Below are positions 1 to 16,376 of a stretch of 64,000 bases of DNA, one piece after another. A program made the position numbers and the translations under genes. How positions within the stretch are numbered: the first letter of the stretch is position 1; the number at the start of each line of letters is the position of its first letter. Origin of the DNA: the human T2T-CHM13v2.0 reference genome, Homo sapiens; NCBI RefSeq assembly GCF_009914755.1, contig NC_060932.1. The stretch is one strand, 5' to 3'. The notes under the pieces were generated by a model, which worked only from the letters and a program-made list of their open reading frames with translations, searched no databases and was not told the DNA's origin.

Positions 1-734
1 CATTGCGTGGACAACTTGAAATCATGGAAGGTTTTTAAGTGGGGGATTTGAAATACTTCGCTTGGGGTTGGGAGGCAGAACTGTCGGGGATAATGCCAGA
101 GTGATGGGGTCAACGAAATCGTGTATTGACCTATTCAGAAAGTCCAGGGGAATAAGCTCAAGGACCTGAATTCAGTAGAGGAGATGAACGATTAAAGAGA
201 CTTTGCCCTAAGAAAGGCAGTCTCAGCTAAGACAAACTTTAAAAAAAAAGAAAAAAATACTAAACTTCAATAGCAAATTAACTAAGTTAAAGTATATAGG
301 CTGGCCTAGCTCTAACCCTGATTACATGGCAATGATTTGTAATTAGTGGATTAAAGGAAAAGACTGTCTCATGGCTTCTATTTTTGATATACTGATAATG
401 TTTGCTTGTAAATGTATACCCAATAAGTTTAGAAAATAATTATTTGAAATGGTTTTTCCCTGAAAGTGGTAAATGTCCCCACTGAATCATGTTTAAACTC
501 TTAGCTGTTGAGCAAATCCATTTAGAAATAGTTAATGACTATTTAAACTGCAGTCAAATTCATTCAAAAATCACTTTTATTTAGTGAAGTGTGAATGAAA
601 GAGGAATACTTGTTTGCCCTTTAGTGATTCTCTAATCACTAAATTAGATTTTCTATGTAATCACCATAATAATATTATTTTAATATACACCGTTTCCCTC
701 ATGATGGGGGTGGATATTAAAATAATATTTTCAT

Positions 735-927
735 AGTAGTTGGAGCTGGGAAGGAGAAAGGACTGTAAATGAGCACAAGGGATCCTTTAGAGTGACAGAA
801 ATGTTCAGAAATTTGATTGTGGTGCAAACTGCACTTGTCTGTAAATTAACTAAAAGTCATCGGACTGTACATTTAAAATGAGTGAATTTTATGGTAGGTA
901 AATCATACCCCCCAAAAGCTGTTAAAG
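735..927 (+). mobile_element. Old L1M (L1MB/MC/ME-type) 3' end fragment
   Basis: Typical L1M 3'UTR text: ...gactgtacatttaaaatgagtgaattttatggtaggtaaatcatac...aaagctgttaaa. Confidence 0.7.
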
Positions 928-1046
928 AACATTATTAGTGTGCATGTGTGAAGGACTTTAAATCTGCTAAATGAGACAGTAAATCTTGCAGTCATTTATC
1001 TAATAACAGCTTATAGAGACGTTACTACGGACAGGTGTTTTCTAGA

Positions 1047-1206
1047 CAAATGCTTCTCAAAATGTAATGTGTACAAGAATTAACAGAGGATAGTAAATGC
1101 AGATTCTAATTCAGTAGGTCTGGTGCTAGGCCCATAATTTTACCATTTTAACAAACTTCCGGGGAGTGTCATGTGTTGGCTGAGAAACCACATCTAAATG
1201 TCAAGG
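1047..1206. mobile_element. MER5A-type hAT-Charlie MITE
   Basis: caaatgcttctcaaa...aaatgcagattctaattcagtaggtctgg...ttttaacaaacttcc...accacat matches the MER5 consensus layout. Confidence 0.7.
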
Positions 1207-1545
1207 TTCTGGGCACAGGGATCTGGCAAGGGAACAAGAAGGTAATTTTCTTACTCCTACAGAGCTGACATGCTAAGAAGGGAGGCAGGTAGTAAGGAAG
1301 TAAACAAATAAAAGCTCAAGATTGTTTCTCATATTTACTACACAGCCTTCAGAAGAGCCCTATGATTCAGCATTCTTTCAAAACCTTTTATTCATTGCCC
1401 ACCATGTGCCGGGGATGACGATAGGCACTGGAGATACAATTGTAAGCATACTGTAATTTCTGATGTTATAGAATTTACAATCTAGTGCCAGACCCATTGC
1501 ACCTTCAAAATAACCCTATGAGGTATATAATACAATACAATTTTA

Positions 1546-1851
<306 letters not shown>

Positions 1852-1999
1852 AATACTCTCATTTTTAGAAGCAGAGCATGTGAATCAGAAAAGGTAAGTC
1901 CTTTCTTCAAGGCCACACAGTATTCACACTGGGCCTCAATCCTAAGACTTCATGTCAACACTATGCTAGACTATACACTCTTCAATTTCATTGCTACAG

Positions 2000-2400
2000 G
2001 AAGAAATGGGAAATTTACATTGCATTCATCCTCCAGAATATTATGTTCTTTTGGGCTTTGGTGCCCTTGGCAAACTGTACTGTCTATTTGTTAGCTTAGT
2101 TCTTTCCTCTTTCTGGGTCTCACGTTATTCAAGCCCTCTTGTGCTTATATGGAACGTTGTAATTTAGATCTGCATTTCTTTCTCTTCTTTGCTACCAATT
2201 TCAGCAACCTTCTGCGGATCTATTTATACTCTCTCCTCCTGGGAATTTGAAGTTCATCTTCATTTATCGTCTGCAGATGTACTTCTCATGCTACTTACTT
2301 CCTCTTTTCAGCTCACTAATGATGTTGTTAAACAAAATAGAACCCAACACTGACCCGTGAGGACAGCCCCTCAGATTCTGTGCTCATTTTATGTCAATCA
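2000..2400 (-). mobile_element. L3/CR1 LINE fragment (RT region)
   Basis: atcgtctgcaga reads as the xADD RT motif on the minus strand. gatgttgttaaacaaaatagaacccaacactgacccgtgagg resembles CR1 ORF2. Highly diverged. Confidence 0.45.
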
Positions 2401-4879
2401 TCCATTTCTTCAATGGAATGTCTTAGCTTAAAGTGCTCGTACTGGGACAAGAACAAACCACTGAAGTTTACATAAGAATATAAATTCCTGGATACATATG
2501 GGAGAAATATTTGAAAATCAACAACTTATTTGTATAACTATGAAAAATTACAAGAAATATAAAATGGAAAATTATATGCTAGTATATTTAAACAGTTGAG
2601 ATAACATTTATTGAACACAAACATGTCAGCTACTTAATTTTATTATTAGTATCTCTAATTATTAAAGTCATCTACCAATATAGTTACATTTCACACCAGG
2701 AACTGCTGGTTGGGTCAGAAACTGAGGGACAGTGAGGTGAGGTTACATTTCCAGGACTTTCTCCGAAGTGCATATATTTTTCTAATATTACATATTGCTT
2801 AAATAAATACATATTTTTGGTTGTCATTTTAACTGGCCTGTTAAGAAACTGTGCTACTTTTCTAATTTGAGATATGAAACTTCTCATACTCTCCCAAAGA
2901 GTACCTGATTTGAAGAATGTGAAAAAGTGTTCGTTTCTCCTTGACTCTACAAGAATCAGTAATTTTCTGACAAAAATCCGTAGGTCTAGCCTGTTATAGA
3001 GAAAGGTATCACTAACTACCTTGAAATTAAGTTTTGTGAAACAATTTCCAGGTTTTATAAAGCTGGAGGAGAAAAGAGAAGGAAGACAAAGAGAGCTGAA
3101 GTATGTAAATGGCCTATAGTATTTGAATAGCTATGGTTTCAAGGCAATTATATTAAGTACACAAACCTGATTTTAATGGCCATGCTTAGAAGATGGGCAG
3201 AGTGCTAAATGTGTAAGTCATTATGAACTTGGCACAGTAGCTCTGTTTATTTTAACCTTTCTTTTGCTGCTTTTGTTGAGGATGTTTACTTAACCAGGCT
3301 CTATTAAACATGCTAAAAACATTATTGCAGACTTTGTCTTTGTGAGCACTTTCAGTTGACAAGCCACAGAAGTGACAACTCATCAGGAATCATAGATGAC
3401 AGCAGATAAGCTAGAGTGGCATGAAGAGGACAGACAGATATCTTTTCATCTTGGACTAAAAAAATAAGAAAAAGAAAAAGAAAAAAAAAACTTTAGTGAA
3501 ATTCAGTGTTTCTAAAATGCAAAGGACTGGTTGTATTGGAGACTGAATTATTGTATTTACCTGAACAGCAGAACCTGTGTAGGGCACTCTGGAGGATGCT
3601 GCCCTCCAGTGCGCTGTGACCCTGCTGGACCTGCGTGACTAGCACACTCTGGCGTGGAGAAAATCTCATGCCTCAAAGTCCATACTGAACCTTGTTATTC
3701 TAAGCATCCGATAGGTGCCAAACACCTTAACCCTCCACAATGTTACCCAAGTCTAGGAAGGAAGAAAGCTCTTTTATTTGTTTCACAATGCAGAGATAAG
3801 GAAATGAGAAACTACAGAATCATTTGTTAATAATGGCCCATGTGAAATCCCAGTTTACCTTTAGCATTATGATTATTTCTTTTCCTTCTTTCCTTTCCTT
3901 CTACCTCTTCTTTGTCCTTCTTCTCCTTCTTTGATATCATCATCTTCTTCTTCTTCTTCTTTGTCACCTCCATCTTTATTAGTCTTTGGAGGGGGTCTTT
4001 TTGTCATTTGATATAATTCCAGTGATATTTCCTGATAAAGACTGTTCATCCATATAAAAATACATTCTAAATACTTATTGAAAATAGTTTGAATCTTTCT
4101 ATTTTGAAGATTTTAAATATCAGGTTCTTACAAAATATGTTCCTAGTAGAAAGGTGGTAATTTTATTCTAAACACGGAAACTGAAGAATTTTTGTTATAC
4201 ACTGTAATTATTTATGAAAACAATCTTCAAAGACAGCAAATTGGCATCAGGGGAGAAAACCATATGCTTATCTTTACTATTTATATAAATGTTAACCTGA
4301 TATTTTAGGCTATGGTTATCACCAAAATTATCTGATATGTTCTTTTGAAGTTTGTTGACAAAAACCACTCCAGATGCAAATTCATTTTATGTAGTGGGTG
4401 GTCTTAGAAGAAAATAATTGTCTTATTTATTGAAAAATGAGCATCCAAAAATATTTTTACCAGGGTTTAGAGAGGGCAGGATTAATAAATATAATAATTA
4501 ACATGAGAGAATGAATGTATGCTACATAAAACCATATGTTATTTGATTTACGAACAAAATGTATTTTTTAATGAAATGAATTTTTGAGATCTAAAAACAA
4601 CATATTATTTTTACATAAAGTTGTTCATGTTCACATATATAGAGTCTCCTGTAGATTGTGGAATATGGACTACTGCTTATGATAGTGTTTACAATCTAAT
4701 ATACTTTTTATGCTAGTGAACATCACTTGCTTATGAGAAAAAAAGAAAGTTTAGATACATATTAGTCACTCAGACTTATAGGAAATCACTTAGCAAATTT
4801 CTAGGTTGTTATCATACCAGACTTAATCTGGAAATGCCATTAATTTAGAAACCAGTAAATACAGATTCCAGTGCAGGCC

Positions 4880-5065
4880 CATAGAACTAAGAACCAGGGC
4901 TTCAGAGTCAGACCTGGGAGTAAGTTATTTAACTTCTTCTAACCTTATTGTCCCCATCTGTAAAACGGAGATAATAACTGTATTGTACAAAGTTTTCTAG
5001 AAAGCCAAAATGAGAAAATTAACATCATGACCTTATGTCAGTGCCTAAATGTACTCAACCAATTT
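4880..5065 (+). mobile_element. MIR
   Basis: ggcttcagagtcagacctgg...aagttatttaacttc...catctgtaaaacggagataata, the MIR core. Confidence 0.75.
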
Positions 5066-7194
5066 TACTTTCCTTTACTTTAGGAAGTAGGAATGTTCTC
5101 CACAGGGACAAGAGCCATCTTTGATCTATATTTATGGCTGTCAGAGAGCTTGGTAGAGTGTTTTACATGAATCACTTTTTAACGAATATCTGTAGAAATA
5201 AGGAAGAAAGGAAAAAAAGACCTGCTTCCAATGCTAAACCAATTCCTGTTCTAATATGAGACAGAACTTACATAAGTAAATATTTATGTTTGAAATTTGC
5301 ATGTAAAAATAAATACTATCCTCAAGGCACATACCAGCTGCTAAATTACACTCAGGAAAGGAGTTTGTATTGCTGTTCAAAAGGATTTGAATAAAAGTAT
5401 TCTGTGGTTCTTCATAGTGTCCATGAAAATAAGGAAACAATACAAGCAGGCAGGCTCACCAGGAGGCCCTTAAAAGAGTCTATGTGTGCTGAGCTTGGCT
5501 CAGGCTGAGACTGTTGAAATTCAGAAGTAGAGGAAGAAAAAACACTGAGTAGGAATCAGTAGACTCGGTATTAGTCTGGACATGGTGGGTAATTGGAATG
5601 GGGAGGGGATGCCAGGGGTATCTGCCTCGGAAACCATGGTGCAGGGAAAGCAGAATAGATGGGCTAAGGAGGGATCATAATTCCCTTTTCTTCCCCATGT
5701 TTAGATTTAGGTGATGGCAGAACATCTAAGTAAAGATGTTCCATAAACAGAAAGAAATATGTGACTGGGTAGAATATGAAAGGTCAGGGCAGGAGAGGAA
5801 GTTCTGGAAATTGTCTGCATAGAGGTGGGTGGTACATAAAATTGAGGGCTCAAGCATCTTGACTTGCTCAGAGAATGTGGCTTGCAAACCACAGAAGATG
5901 ATTAAAAACATTCACTATTTTAATTACATTTTTTTAAAGTTTCTACATTCCCTCTGGGGGTTAATACAGCATCAAATTTTACACACTTACTCATTTAGAT
6001 CTAGGAGAAACTTGAGAAAATTCTGATCCAATTTCTTTAGTTTATAGGCAGGTAGCAGCCCAAGTGGGTGAAATGACATGGTCAAGGTTATTGAGCAAAT
6101 AGGTTTCCATTTTTTCATTCATTCAGTAAATACAAATATGCAGATATACATGAGAGCAAATGTGGGATGATTCAAAGTCCTATGCTAGCATGCATTTTTG
6201 TTTACAAATTGTCAATTCTTTTGTGACTATAATTTAGATTCGCACTTGTGCTAAATTAAAATATGCATACTTTAAATGATTGACTTAAAGCAATGTATAA
6301 TACCATAATTGGAAAACCAAAGGTCTTCTACAAGCATTAACATGTCCTTTTAAAAACAACAGGCTGATGGTGTTTAACTATATTCACCTTTAGAAATATT
6401 TCCTCACTTTAGCAGAAGTAAGTCAGAATAACCAGTAGGTAATATAGAATATTTTCTAAACTTCAATTTGAAGATATATGATATTTCTGTTTTTTAAAGT
6501 TGATCCTGCCATGTCATATGCTTAACTTAAAATGTCTAATGTGGACACTCTAAACTAGAGAAAAGAGATACTCTTTCCAAATCACCTTTTATGTACTTGG
6601 ATAAAACCAAAGGAAAGGAAATAAATCTAGCAGAAACCAACCATGGCAATGCTTTCAGGTTTCAGTTGTTTATTTAGAAAATCACTCAATCATTATCTTG
6701 ATACTTTAACTACACAGTTTATTCAACTGACAGTAGCCAGAATAAAGCAAATTCATTAAGCTATGAGTTTTGGCTTTGATTTGTTTCTGGTAATAGTCTT
6801 TCAAATGATTACACAGCTTATAATTAAGTAAGTCAACCGACAGAAAATTGATTACCTTCCAAGCAAGTGCTGTCTATCTATCCTTAATCATCTTTCTTGG
6901 AAAGTTCTCTCATATAATATTGTTTTCCTAAAACTTCAACATACATACTGGTTTATTTTCTACCCCTAGGGATCATGCAAAGCAATCATAATAACTCCTT
7001 TGGCCTGGTAATCTTTTCAATATTCGAAGAAAGCTACCAGGTTCCCTCTGAGTTCACTTGTACCCTAGTTATTCCTCCTTCTGAATTGCACTAAGTCTCT
7101 TGCTCTACTGGATTTTCTCCACAGAATTTGTTGTTGTTCACTTAGGACTTTCTATAATGTGGTACCCCATTGCCAAGTAGAGAGAAAATCAGCT

Positions 7195-7385
7195 CATCAG
7201 CTCAGGAGTCGGACAGATCTTTATTTGAATTGCTGCTTCATCACTAACAGGTTGTTTAATCCTAAACAATTTATTCAATCTCCTTGAACCTCAGTTTTCT
7301 TATGTGTAAAATTGGAAATGAGAATAATAACCTCCGAGTCCTTTGTGATGACTAAATGAGATTATACGTGGTTCAGGGCCTGGTG
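7195..7385 (+). mobile_element. MIR
   Basis: gaacctcagttttcttatgtgtaaaattggaaatgagaataata...gactaaatgagatta, the MIR core. Confidence 0.7.
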
Positions 7386-7450
7386 TGGCTCTTATCTAAC
7401 CCACACCCCTAATAGAAGTCAGGTCTTTGCAGATTAAAAAGGGGAGTCCT

Positions 7451-7773
<323 letters not shown>

Positions 7774-9165
7774 TCATGTTTTAGCTGGAAGTCAAGGAGA
7801 ATTGAACGTGTATTTAAACATTTGCATGTTTCACATATGCTCATGCACGTACCTCCTTAATAAAGTGATCATGAGTATGACATCACAAAATACTTCTATT
7901 GAATATCTGTGGCAATGTAAATGACAGAAGATGAAAAAGGAAAAGAATACATTTGGGCAAAGAGTAGTTTAGACCAACAAATACAAACTAGTGTAGGTCA
8001 TGTTGCACTCACATTTTCTTATGTTACCATCTAATCTAGTTTCAAGTTGTACTTAGCTTCCTATTTTAATCTATTTTTATTTTAAAGGTTTTACAAATGC
8101 CACATCTGCCTTGTGTAGCTCCTTACTAGATAACAGATTTTTCAAGAAAGAAGTGTAAGAGTAAGCAAACCAAGTCCCTTAAAATATTGTCCAAAAGTGT
8201 GGGTTGCTTCTCTTCTAAAAAGATTTCCTTCTATAAGACAATGGAAGCTATTGGGTTAGCTTTATATTTCTCATAGGATGACCCTAACTCCGTATCTTCT
8301 ACCTTCCTAAATTATCCTATTCCCTCAAATATAGTAGTTTTGGTTTATTGCTTTGAAAGTGGCAATGACTGCTTTCAAAAGACACACATGTGCACACACA
8401 AACTAAATCTTACAGTATAGAAGTATTGCTAAAACTGTCCCAAAGTTTTAATTTTCCACAAGTCTTAGTAACTCAGCCTGCTAAGTATCTGCTTGTAAGA
8501 AGGTGCTATATTTTTTCTGCATAGAGCAAATAAGAAACATCCCTTCAGCTGCACTTATATTTTTGGTAACACCTGCACAGTCTCCTAATAGCAGAGACAA
8601 GAATTAAATATTCTTTTCCTAATGTAGAATGCCCAGCCCAGTCTTTCTTTCAAAATCCCCAAGATTCATTCTTCATTAAGCATGTCCCAATTACCTTTCA
8701 GTGTAACTGATAACTTTGTGTTTGTGTGTGTGTTCCCCTTTTCTACTTTATATACTTCCATCAGAATATCTACATAACTTAAAAGATCTGCATTCTTAGC
8801 TGTCTTCCTTTGGGGCCATAAGATTTCTGAGGGCAGGGAAGATATCCTAGTCACCCCACAGGTCAGGAACAATACCTGCCTCAACAGATTTTCTCCTCTC
8901 CAGTGAATACCTTTGGTGAATTAAGACAAAATCATGCAGTGGAAAGATTGTGACCGGAATTTAGGAGGCCCAGGTTCCACTCCTGGTTCTGTCTCTCAGT
9001 TATGAATCAGTGTCTTTGAGAAAGTTAATTAGCTAATGTTAGGAGATTGAGCTAAGTCATCATTAATATTTTCTCGGGTCAAAAATTCTGATTCTTAGGA
9101 TTCAAGTATTCATGATATACTTAATAATATAGTGGGCATAATAAAAGATTTTTAAAAGTAGACTA

Positions 9166-9482
<317 letters not shown>

Positions 9483-11419
9483 GTATACTAGTATACCACT
9501 CTAACCAAAAAGATAAAATGAGATTGGATCATTGGTATTGGAGAACATGAAGTTACCATGCAGACAAACACAAAATGAATTCTCGTTAATGTCTTCTCTC
9601 AGATTTTAAGTACAGATTCATACTATTTGGTATGATTTAGTATGCTTAATGGCAATGTCATTAAATGTGTTCAAGAAGAGTCTATGTCCTTCCAAAATTG
9701 TCTAAATTGCTCTCAGAAAGTATTCTGTTCTGGGAGCATCTGGCTCAATTGTCCATGGGTTATATGTGGATGTATCATTCCTGAATCACTGGCACCAGTG
9801 CTTAATGCCAAACAAAACCCCTAAACCTCAAACTATTAAGTGTTGAGCAAGATATTTAGCAACACTGGGAGTTCTAAAAGTACATCATATTTTGGCTCAG
9901 ATACCTAGGGGAAAGGACAGGTTTTTAGGATTAAATTGATTTCTGAGCATCATTATCTCTCCCACAGAGGCCATACACAATTTATGAGGAAAAAGCAAAT
10001 CACACTCTCTTCAAGGATACATTTATATGTCAAGGTAATAGATCAGCCTTCTTCTGTTTATGTCAGTTGGTCAGCCAATGAAGAATGTGGCTGAACATGC
10101 AAATGAGCTCAGCAGTCTAGAAGCACGAGGTCCTATCCCTCATTCTCAGTGAAACAAAACCACTCTGTAAATGCAAATGAAGATTTTGCAATTTGAAGCA
10201 AAATTGTATAGGTTTCCAATAATAATGTCTAGAAAAATCTTTAAAATTTGGTAAGTTAAGCTGGTATGAAGTCAAAAGACATAGAGACTGACAGACTCTG
10301 CTTATGTGGGGTTTCCTAAATATAGTTTTAACAGGGACTATCTACAGGTTCAGGCATCAGTTTTATTACTTCACAATGATGAGAGTGAAAAAATCACTTA
10401 CCCTGACCAAGCATGTAAGACAATGATTTCTAGATCAGATGATAGCTATTAATTTTTCATGGGAGATAAATTGCACCTCTCTACCCATTTTCTGAAGGGC
10501 AGGGCACTCCAGAGACCAAACAACAAACCAAAAACCCGGGGAGTGAACTATAAAGGAGAAATTCAGCATGGCAAAAGGAGATTTACATCAAATTAACATA
10601 TCTTGAGATGTTATTCTTCTTCCCTGCAGGGGTATTTCTGTCTAGACACCTAGGAATGGTCATTAGAATCCGCACTTCACCCTGAAGGGGGCTGACAATA
10701 CATACTAATTTGCAGTCTCTCACTTTGCATTTTCTACAGCTGTGGTTCTCTCTGCACATGCTGCCTATAGAGAATCACATCACATCTCCTATCATATCAG
10801 AATCTTTTCTATTGGAGGCAAAGAGCTTCGGGAAACATTTTACTGTCTTGCCACTAGATTATAACATATATCGGATTGATTATTCTGACGGATCCTGCTC
10901 TCATCTCATTGCTTAGTGGATATTTTAAATTTAAATTTTATTTCCAAAATCATTGTATTTGGATGCAATGGGGAGGGAGAAAATACAAAAGTGAGAAGAA
11001 GAAACTTACACTCTTACCATTATTTTTGTCCCTTGGAAATGCTCCTAGGTTCCTAGAATTCCTTCAAGAGTTATAATTTTTAGTTCAAAAATTATATGTG
11101 GTCAGTGGTCAGCTAAAATTGGATGACTTTGGCCAAGTATTTAGGTTTCTTAAATATATATTATGGACCTCCTACTTTTTTTTTCCAAATTCTATTTTAC
11201 ATTGTAGGCAATCTGTTCACACATCAGTGTCTGAGGAGAGACATCAATCAGAAATCCAAGAACTTCCAATTAACTTTTATCGGGCATCTAGCCAAGAGTC
11301 CTGCTGGGTCCTGGAAGGAGAAATCAAACATAATTTCTGTTTTCAAAAATTCAGAATCTATCAGAAAAATAGATACGAGTAACACTGTGTAATCACACAA
11401 TGGGATGTATGATTTAAAC

Positions 11420-12069
<650 letters not shown>

Positions 12070-12454
12070 TAAGCAGCATATGATAAGTTCTGAGTGAGAA
12101 AAGCCAAGGAACAGTTTAATTTTCTTGGGGCTATCAGGAAAATTGAACAGAATAGTTGACATTGGAATTTGGCCTATAAAGATAAAGAGGATTTTACTAG
12201 ATAAAGTGGTAATAGATTTTGGCCAGATTTTGAACCTCTATATTACATTTGTATTTTGTGTTTTAAGCTATGGCTTAGCTATGGCTAAGCAGGGAGGAAT
12301 AGAATCAGGGTTTGCTTTGAAAACGTAAATGTTGGCAGGATGGAAAATGCATTGGAATATGGAAAGAATAGAACTTAATAGACCAGTTATGTGGCTATTG
12401 CAGAGTATGGGAGATGGATTTAAATATCTTCTATATGCTTGAGGCTCTCAAATT

Positions 12455-13290
12455 TTACTCTTGAACCCACATCTCTCTCCTAAATTCCAGACTCAACAAT
12501 TGTATACTTGACTTCTCACTCAGGTGCCAAATAGGCAATTCTAACATAAAATAACGAAAACTCAGCTTCCAATTTTCCACTCAGGCCTCTGTATACACAG
12601 TCTTCCCCATCTCAGTTGATGGCCACTCTCCTTCTAGTAGAGTTGCCCAGATTGAAGACTCCTTTTTCTGTTCCTCTCTCATAGCCAACGCCTCAAGAAA
12701 TCCTGTTGACTCTACCTTCAAAACATTTGAAATCTGACCACTTCTATTTCTACTGCGACCACCCTGGTCTGAGCCACTATGATCCCTCACTGCATTATTG
12801 TAATGGGCTTCTACCTTGTCTCCTTGCTCATGCCCTTTTCCCCTAGATTATATTTTCAGTACAGAAATCAGATGTGATTGCATGTTTGAAATTGGAATCA
12901 GGTTATCTCTTGAAGCCATACAAGGGCTCCCCATTCCACTCAAAGGCAAAGTGCCTGTGGGGCAGATTAGATTCTTTCCAACTCATTATTCCCTCTATGG
13001 TACAGAATTATGCACTCATGCCTTCTGCCATGTGAATTTCTAGTATTTCTTAAAAAAGCAAACAGACTATACATCCCTGCCACATTAACTATGAGCATGA
13101 ACAAATGTATTTCTTTGGCCAGTGGAATGGGTGGAAATGATCTTGCCTTAGAGTGTTTGCACAGGCTAATCCCTCTGCCTTAGACCACTCCTCCTTTAGT
13201 TATCTGCATTGTTCACATCCTCATTTTCTTCCAGTTAAATGTCACCTTCTTGGTAAGACATTCTCACAGCCCACTTAAAACTGCACAGGC
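12455..13290 (+). mobile_element. L2 LINE fragment(s)
   Basis: cagtcttccccatctcagttgatggc...ctctaccttcaaaacat...gaccacttct...accaccctggtctgagccact...aaatgtcaccttct are L2 3' region motifs. Confidence 0.75.
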
Positions 13291-15024
13291 AGGTCATGAC
13301 ACATATACAGTTGGGAATAACAGAATTTGAAAGTAATTTAGAGGGCCACCAGTTCAGTGGCTTTCCAATGAGGCTCCTAGGCAATGAAATATTCTGTAGG
13401 GTTTCTTTGTAGAGTAAGAGTGTGGAGTAATGCTACAGTGGGATTCCTGACACATACACAGACACACATACACACACAATCCACAAAAGCAGATCCAGTG
13501 ACTACCTGTGTCTGAGTAAGTTTACGCAAAGGATTTGAGCAAGGGATTTTGAAGGTTAACACAATTCTGAAAGTTATGAATTTGAATGTCTGTTTCTTCT
13601 TTGGACTTAGGCAGAAGCTGAAGCCTCATTGAGTTATGTGGCTTACTTCGGGTCCTACAGTTAGTTAGTGGCAGAGGTGGACTTGCTGTTTGTGTGAGTA
13701 CACAATCTCTGGGATTTACTCTCTTATTTACATGAAAGACAAAGGACATGAGTTCTGAATGAATGAACTGTGGTATGGTATGTTCTCCATAACTCTCATT
13801 AATGTCAAGTTTTAATAAGAAGGTAATTACATATAAGGACTTACTTAAATACATTTTATCATTTCAGTGATTCTTAACTAAATTGTTCAAAGTATTTTGT
13901 AGGTAAATCTATTTCTCTACATTCCTTAAAACTAATGAGATACTCTTCTATCATAATGCAACTTTTTTATGAAACTGTCCCTGAAATAGAGGCTATATTG
14001 ACAGAACAAATTAATTCGATTAATTCATTTCTTCCTCTATCACTTTTCCATTTGTTTTCTATTATTTTCTTCCTTGAAATACAGAAAGCTGACTATGTGG
14101 TTATATATAAGTATCTAGTAAAAGAGCAAAATTTCAGAGGATTGCTAAGCAGAAAAGGGTAATCTCCCAACTCTGCTCTTACGGTGTATGTTTTTGAGGA
14201 GGATGGCTAGGGAGTACAGGAGAGGACTCTGGAGGTGGAATTTGATAGGACTGGCAACCCAGGAAGTGACCAGAAAGCAAGTGACCTTTGTCATTTGGGT
14301 AAATTATTTTAGGTATGGCTAGGTCAAAAGGAATTCTCTTTATACCCCAAATCAGGATTATCTATAAAACCACTCTCATTGAAATAATGCAAAAAGAACG
14401 TCTTTAGATAAAACATTCTATAGCGAGAACCCAAAAAGAATCCCACCTACCTAAGTTTGCACAAACATGTGCATTAGTAAGTAAGGAAAGACATAGCCAG
14501 AACTATATGCAAAGAGTTAATTTTGCCTATCACGGGCCAAGTTTGGACACAGAGAGATTTTTGGTAATCAGCCTATAAGTCTTCTTATGAGAGGGTTCAC
14601 AGGCTGAATTGACATGGTCTGACTCATTGTTGGGGGAGTGATGGCAGAGGACATAGGAGATATCAGTGCTCTACATGAATCCTGAGGAGCACAGAAGAAA
14701 AGGAAGGAAGTGATTTCCTTTAGCCATGTCTAGTCAAAATAAAAGGGAAATTTTCTCAATAGCAGGGGAAGTTCTATTACTCTAGTGATGCCTGTTCATT
14801 TACTTGTCCCTACATCAAACAGTTGTTAAAAACCTGCATTGTTCTTGATGCTGTAATAGATAGTCAGTGGAACAAAGAATAAAACACAGACACCCCTCCT
14901 TGGTGATGTTTTTGGTCTAGTTGCCTTTATGACATAAAGTAACCTATTTAATGAACTATGTATTTCAATCTATAGTAGGCAGAGCTTTTTACTGACTTTA
15001 TAAACCCCTTATTAATAAAGCACC

Positions 15025-15046
15025 CACACACTCACACACACACATG

Positions 15047-15074
<28 letters not shown>
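15025..15074. repeat. (CA)n microsatellite, interrupted
   Basis: Read directly from the sequence. Confidence 0.95.
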
Positions 15075-15078
<4 letters not shown>

Positions 15079-16351
15079 ACTTCTGATATATTAAGGGAAA
15101 ATTTACTGGGAGAGCAGGTCCTCAAATCAACAGTTTCACTTGAGATTCAGGGGCTCAAACATGATGGAACAGGTAATTACCAGTGCTTGAAATGGGTACT
15201 TAAGCAAAATTGCATAGAAGGAAGTATTTTCTCTGTTACATAATATAAATGAGACCTATTTATTTACCACTTCATCAAACTTTGTAGCCAGATGTACCTT
15301 ACCTTGGAATAACTATGTTTTCAACTGTTGCATGACTTCCTTGCATTAGCACACACGTTTTGAGTTTAGGCCATGTTGTAATATTTATTGATTTCTTAGT
15401 TTGTGCAAAGAACCCGTCTTCATTCTTTATACGTATTAACTCATAGAAATCTAATAACATTATGTGTGTGTCTTTGCATATTCGTCCTGTATGATGAATC
15501 AAGAATAAATTATATTAAACTTACTATCAAATAATTTTCTTTGGGTTAGACTTGCCTTCTCTCAATTTGTTATAGTGTGTATGTACTTACAAAGCTTAGA
15601 AGCACCTAAATATCTGATGATAAAATTCTGGTTTTAAGAGTGAATTTTGCAATAGATAACTGTTTGAATCTTTAAAATATGAAAATTAGTGTTTTGATTA
15701 AGGGCACAAAATTAACACAGTATGGCAAAAGCATTCTACCTGAATCCAAGTAAAGCTGACACAGAACTAAAAATGACCTGAGAACTAAAAATGACTTGGA
15801 GGAACCATATGGGACATACGGTATTGTTGGAAAAGGCTTGAGTTTTTAAAAAGTAATTTTAAAGCCATTGTCATAGATAAACTATTGGTATTACTTCTTG
15901 TTAACAAACACATTTCATCTCTACAGCTAGTTACACATTCTGAGCATCTGCTAAAGCTCAAATTCTGCTCTAGCTTCCTGTAGTAGAGTTAAGGATTACT
16001 TGCTTTTATATGGTTCATTTACATCTGTGTTATGTGATAAAGGTGGTGATTTCTTGACGCAGCAATATAGATGAGTTTCCCCATTAAAAGCTCTATGGGC
16101 GGAAAGAGGGACCTTTATAAATCACTGTGTGGTCTTCTACATTGTGCTGTTTTGTGAGATATTTTCCTCCCCAGTTTGGATCGGAATAACAAGCACATAA
16201 GAAATTGCCAAGAGCATTCAGAAAGAAAGCAAAATCAACCAAAACAAACACAGTAAAGTCTAATATTATTTTAAGAAAAAAGTTCTGAAAAATGCTTGAC
16301 CCAAATGAAATATTTTCAAGGGTATTGCCAAGAACATTCAAATGGGAATAG

Positions 16352-16376
16352 GTGTGTGTGTGTGTGTGTGTGTGTG
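16352..16376. repeat. (GT)n microsatellite
   Basis: Read directly from the sequence. Confidence 0.95.

Noticed and set aside
620-643. Perfect 10-bp hairpin tttagtgatt-ctct-aatcactaaa (a similar one is at 49095-49119)
   Set aside because: A few such stems are expected by chance in 64 kb of AT-rich DNA.
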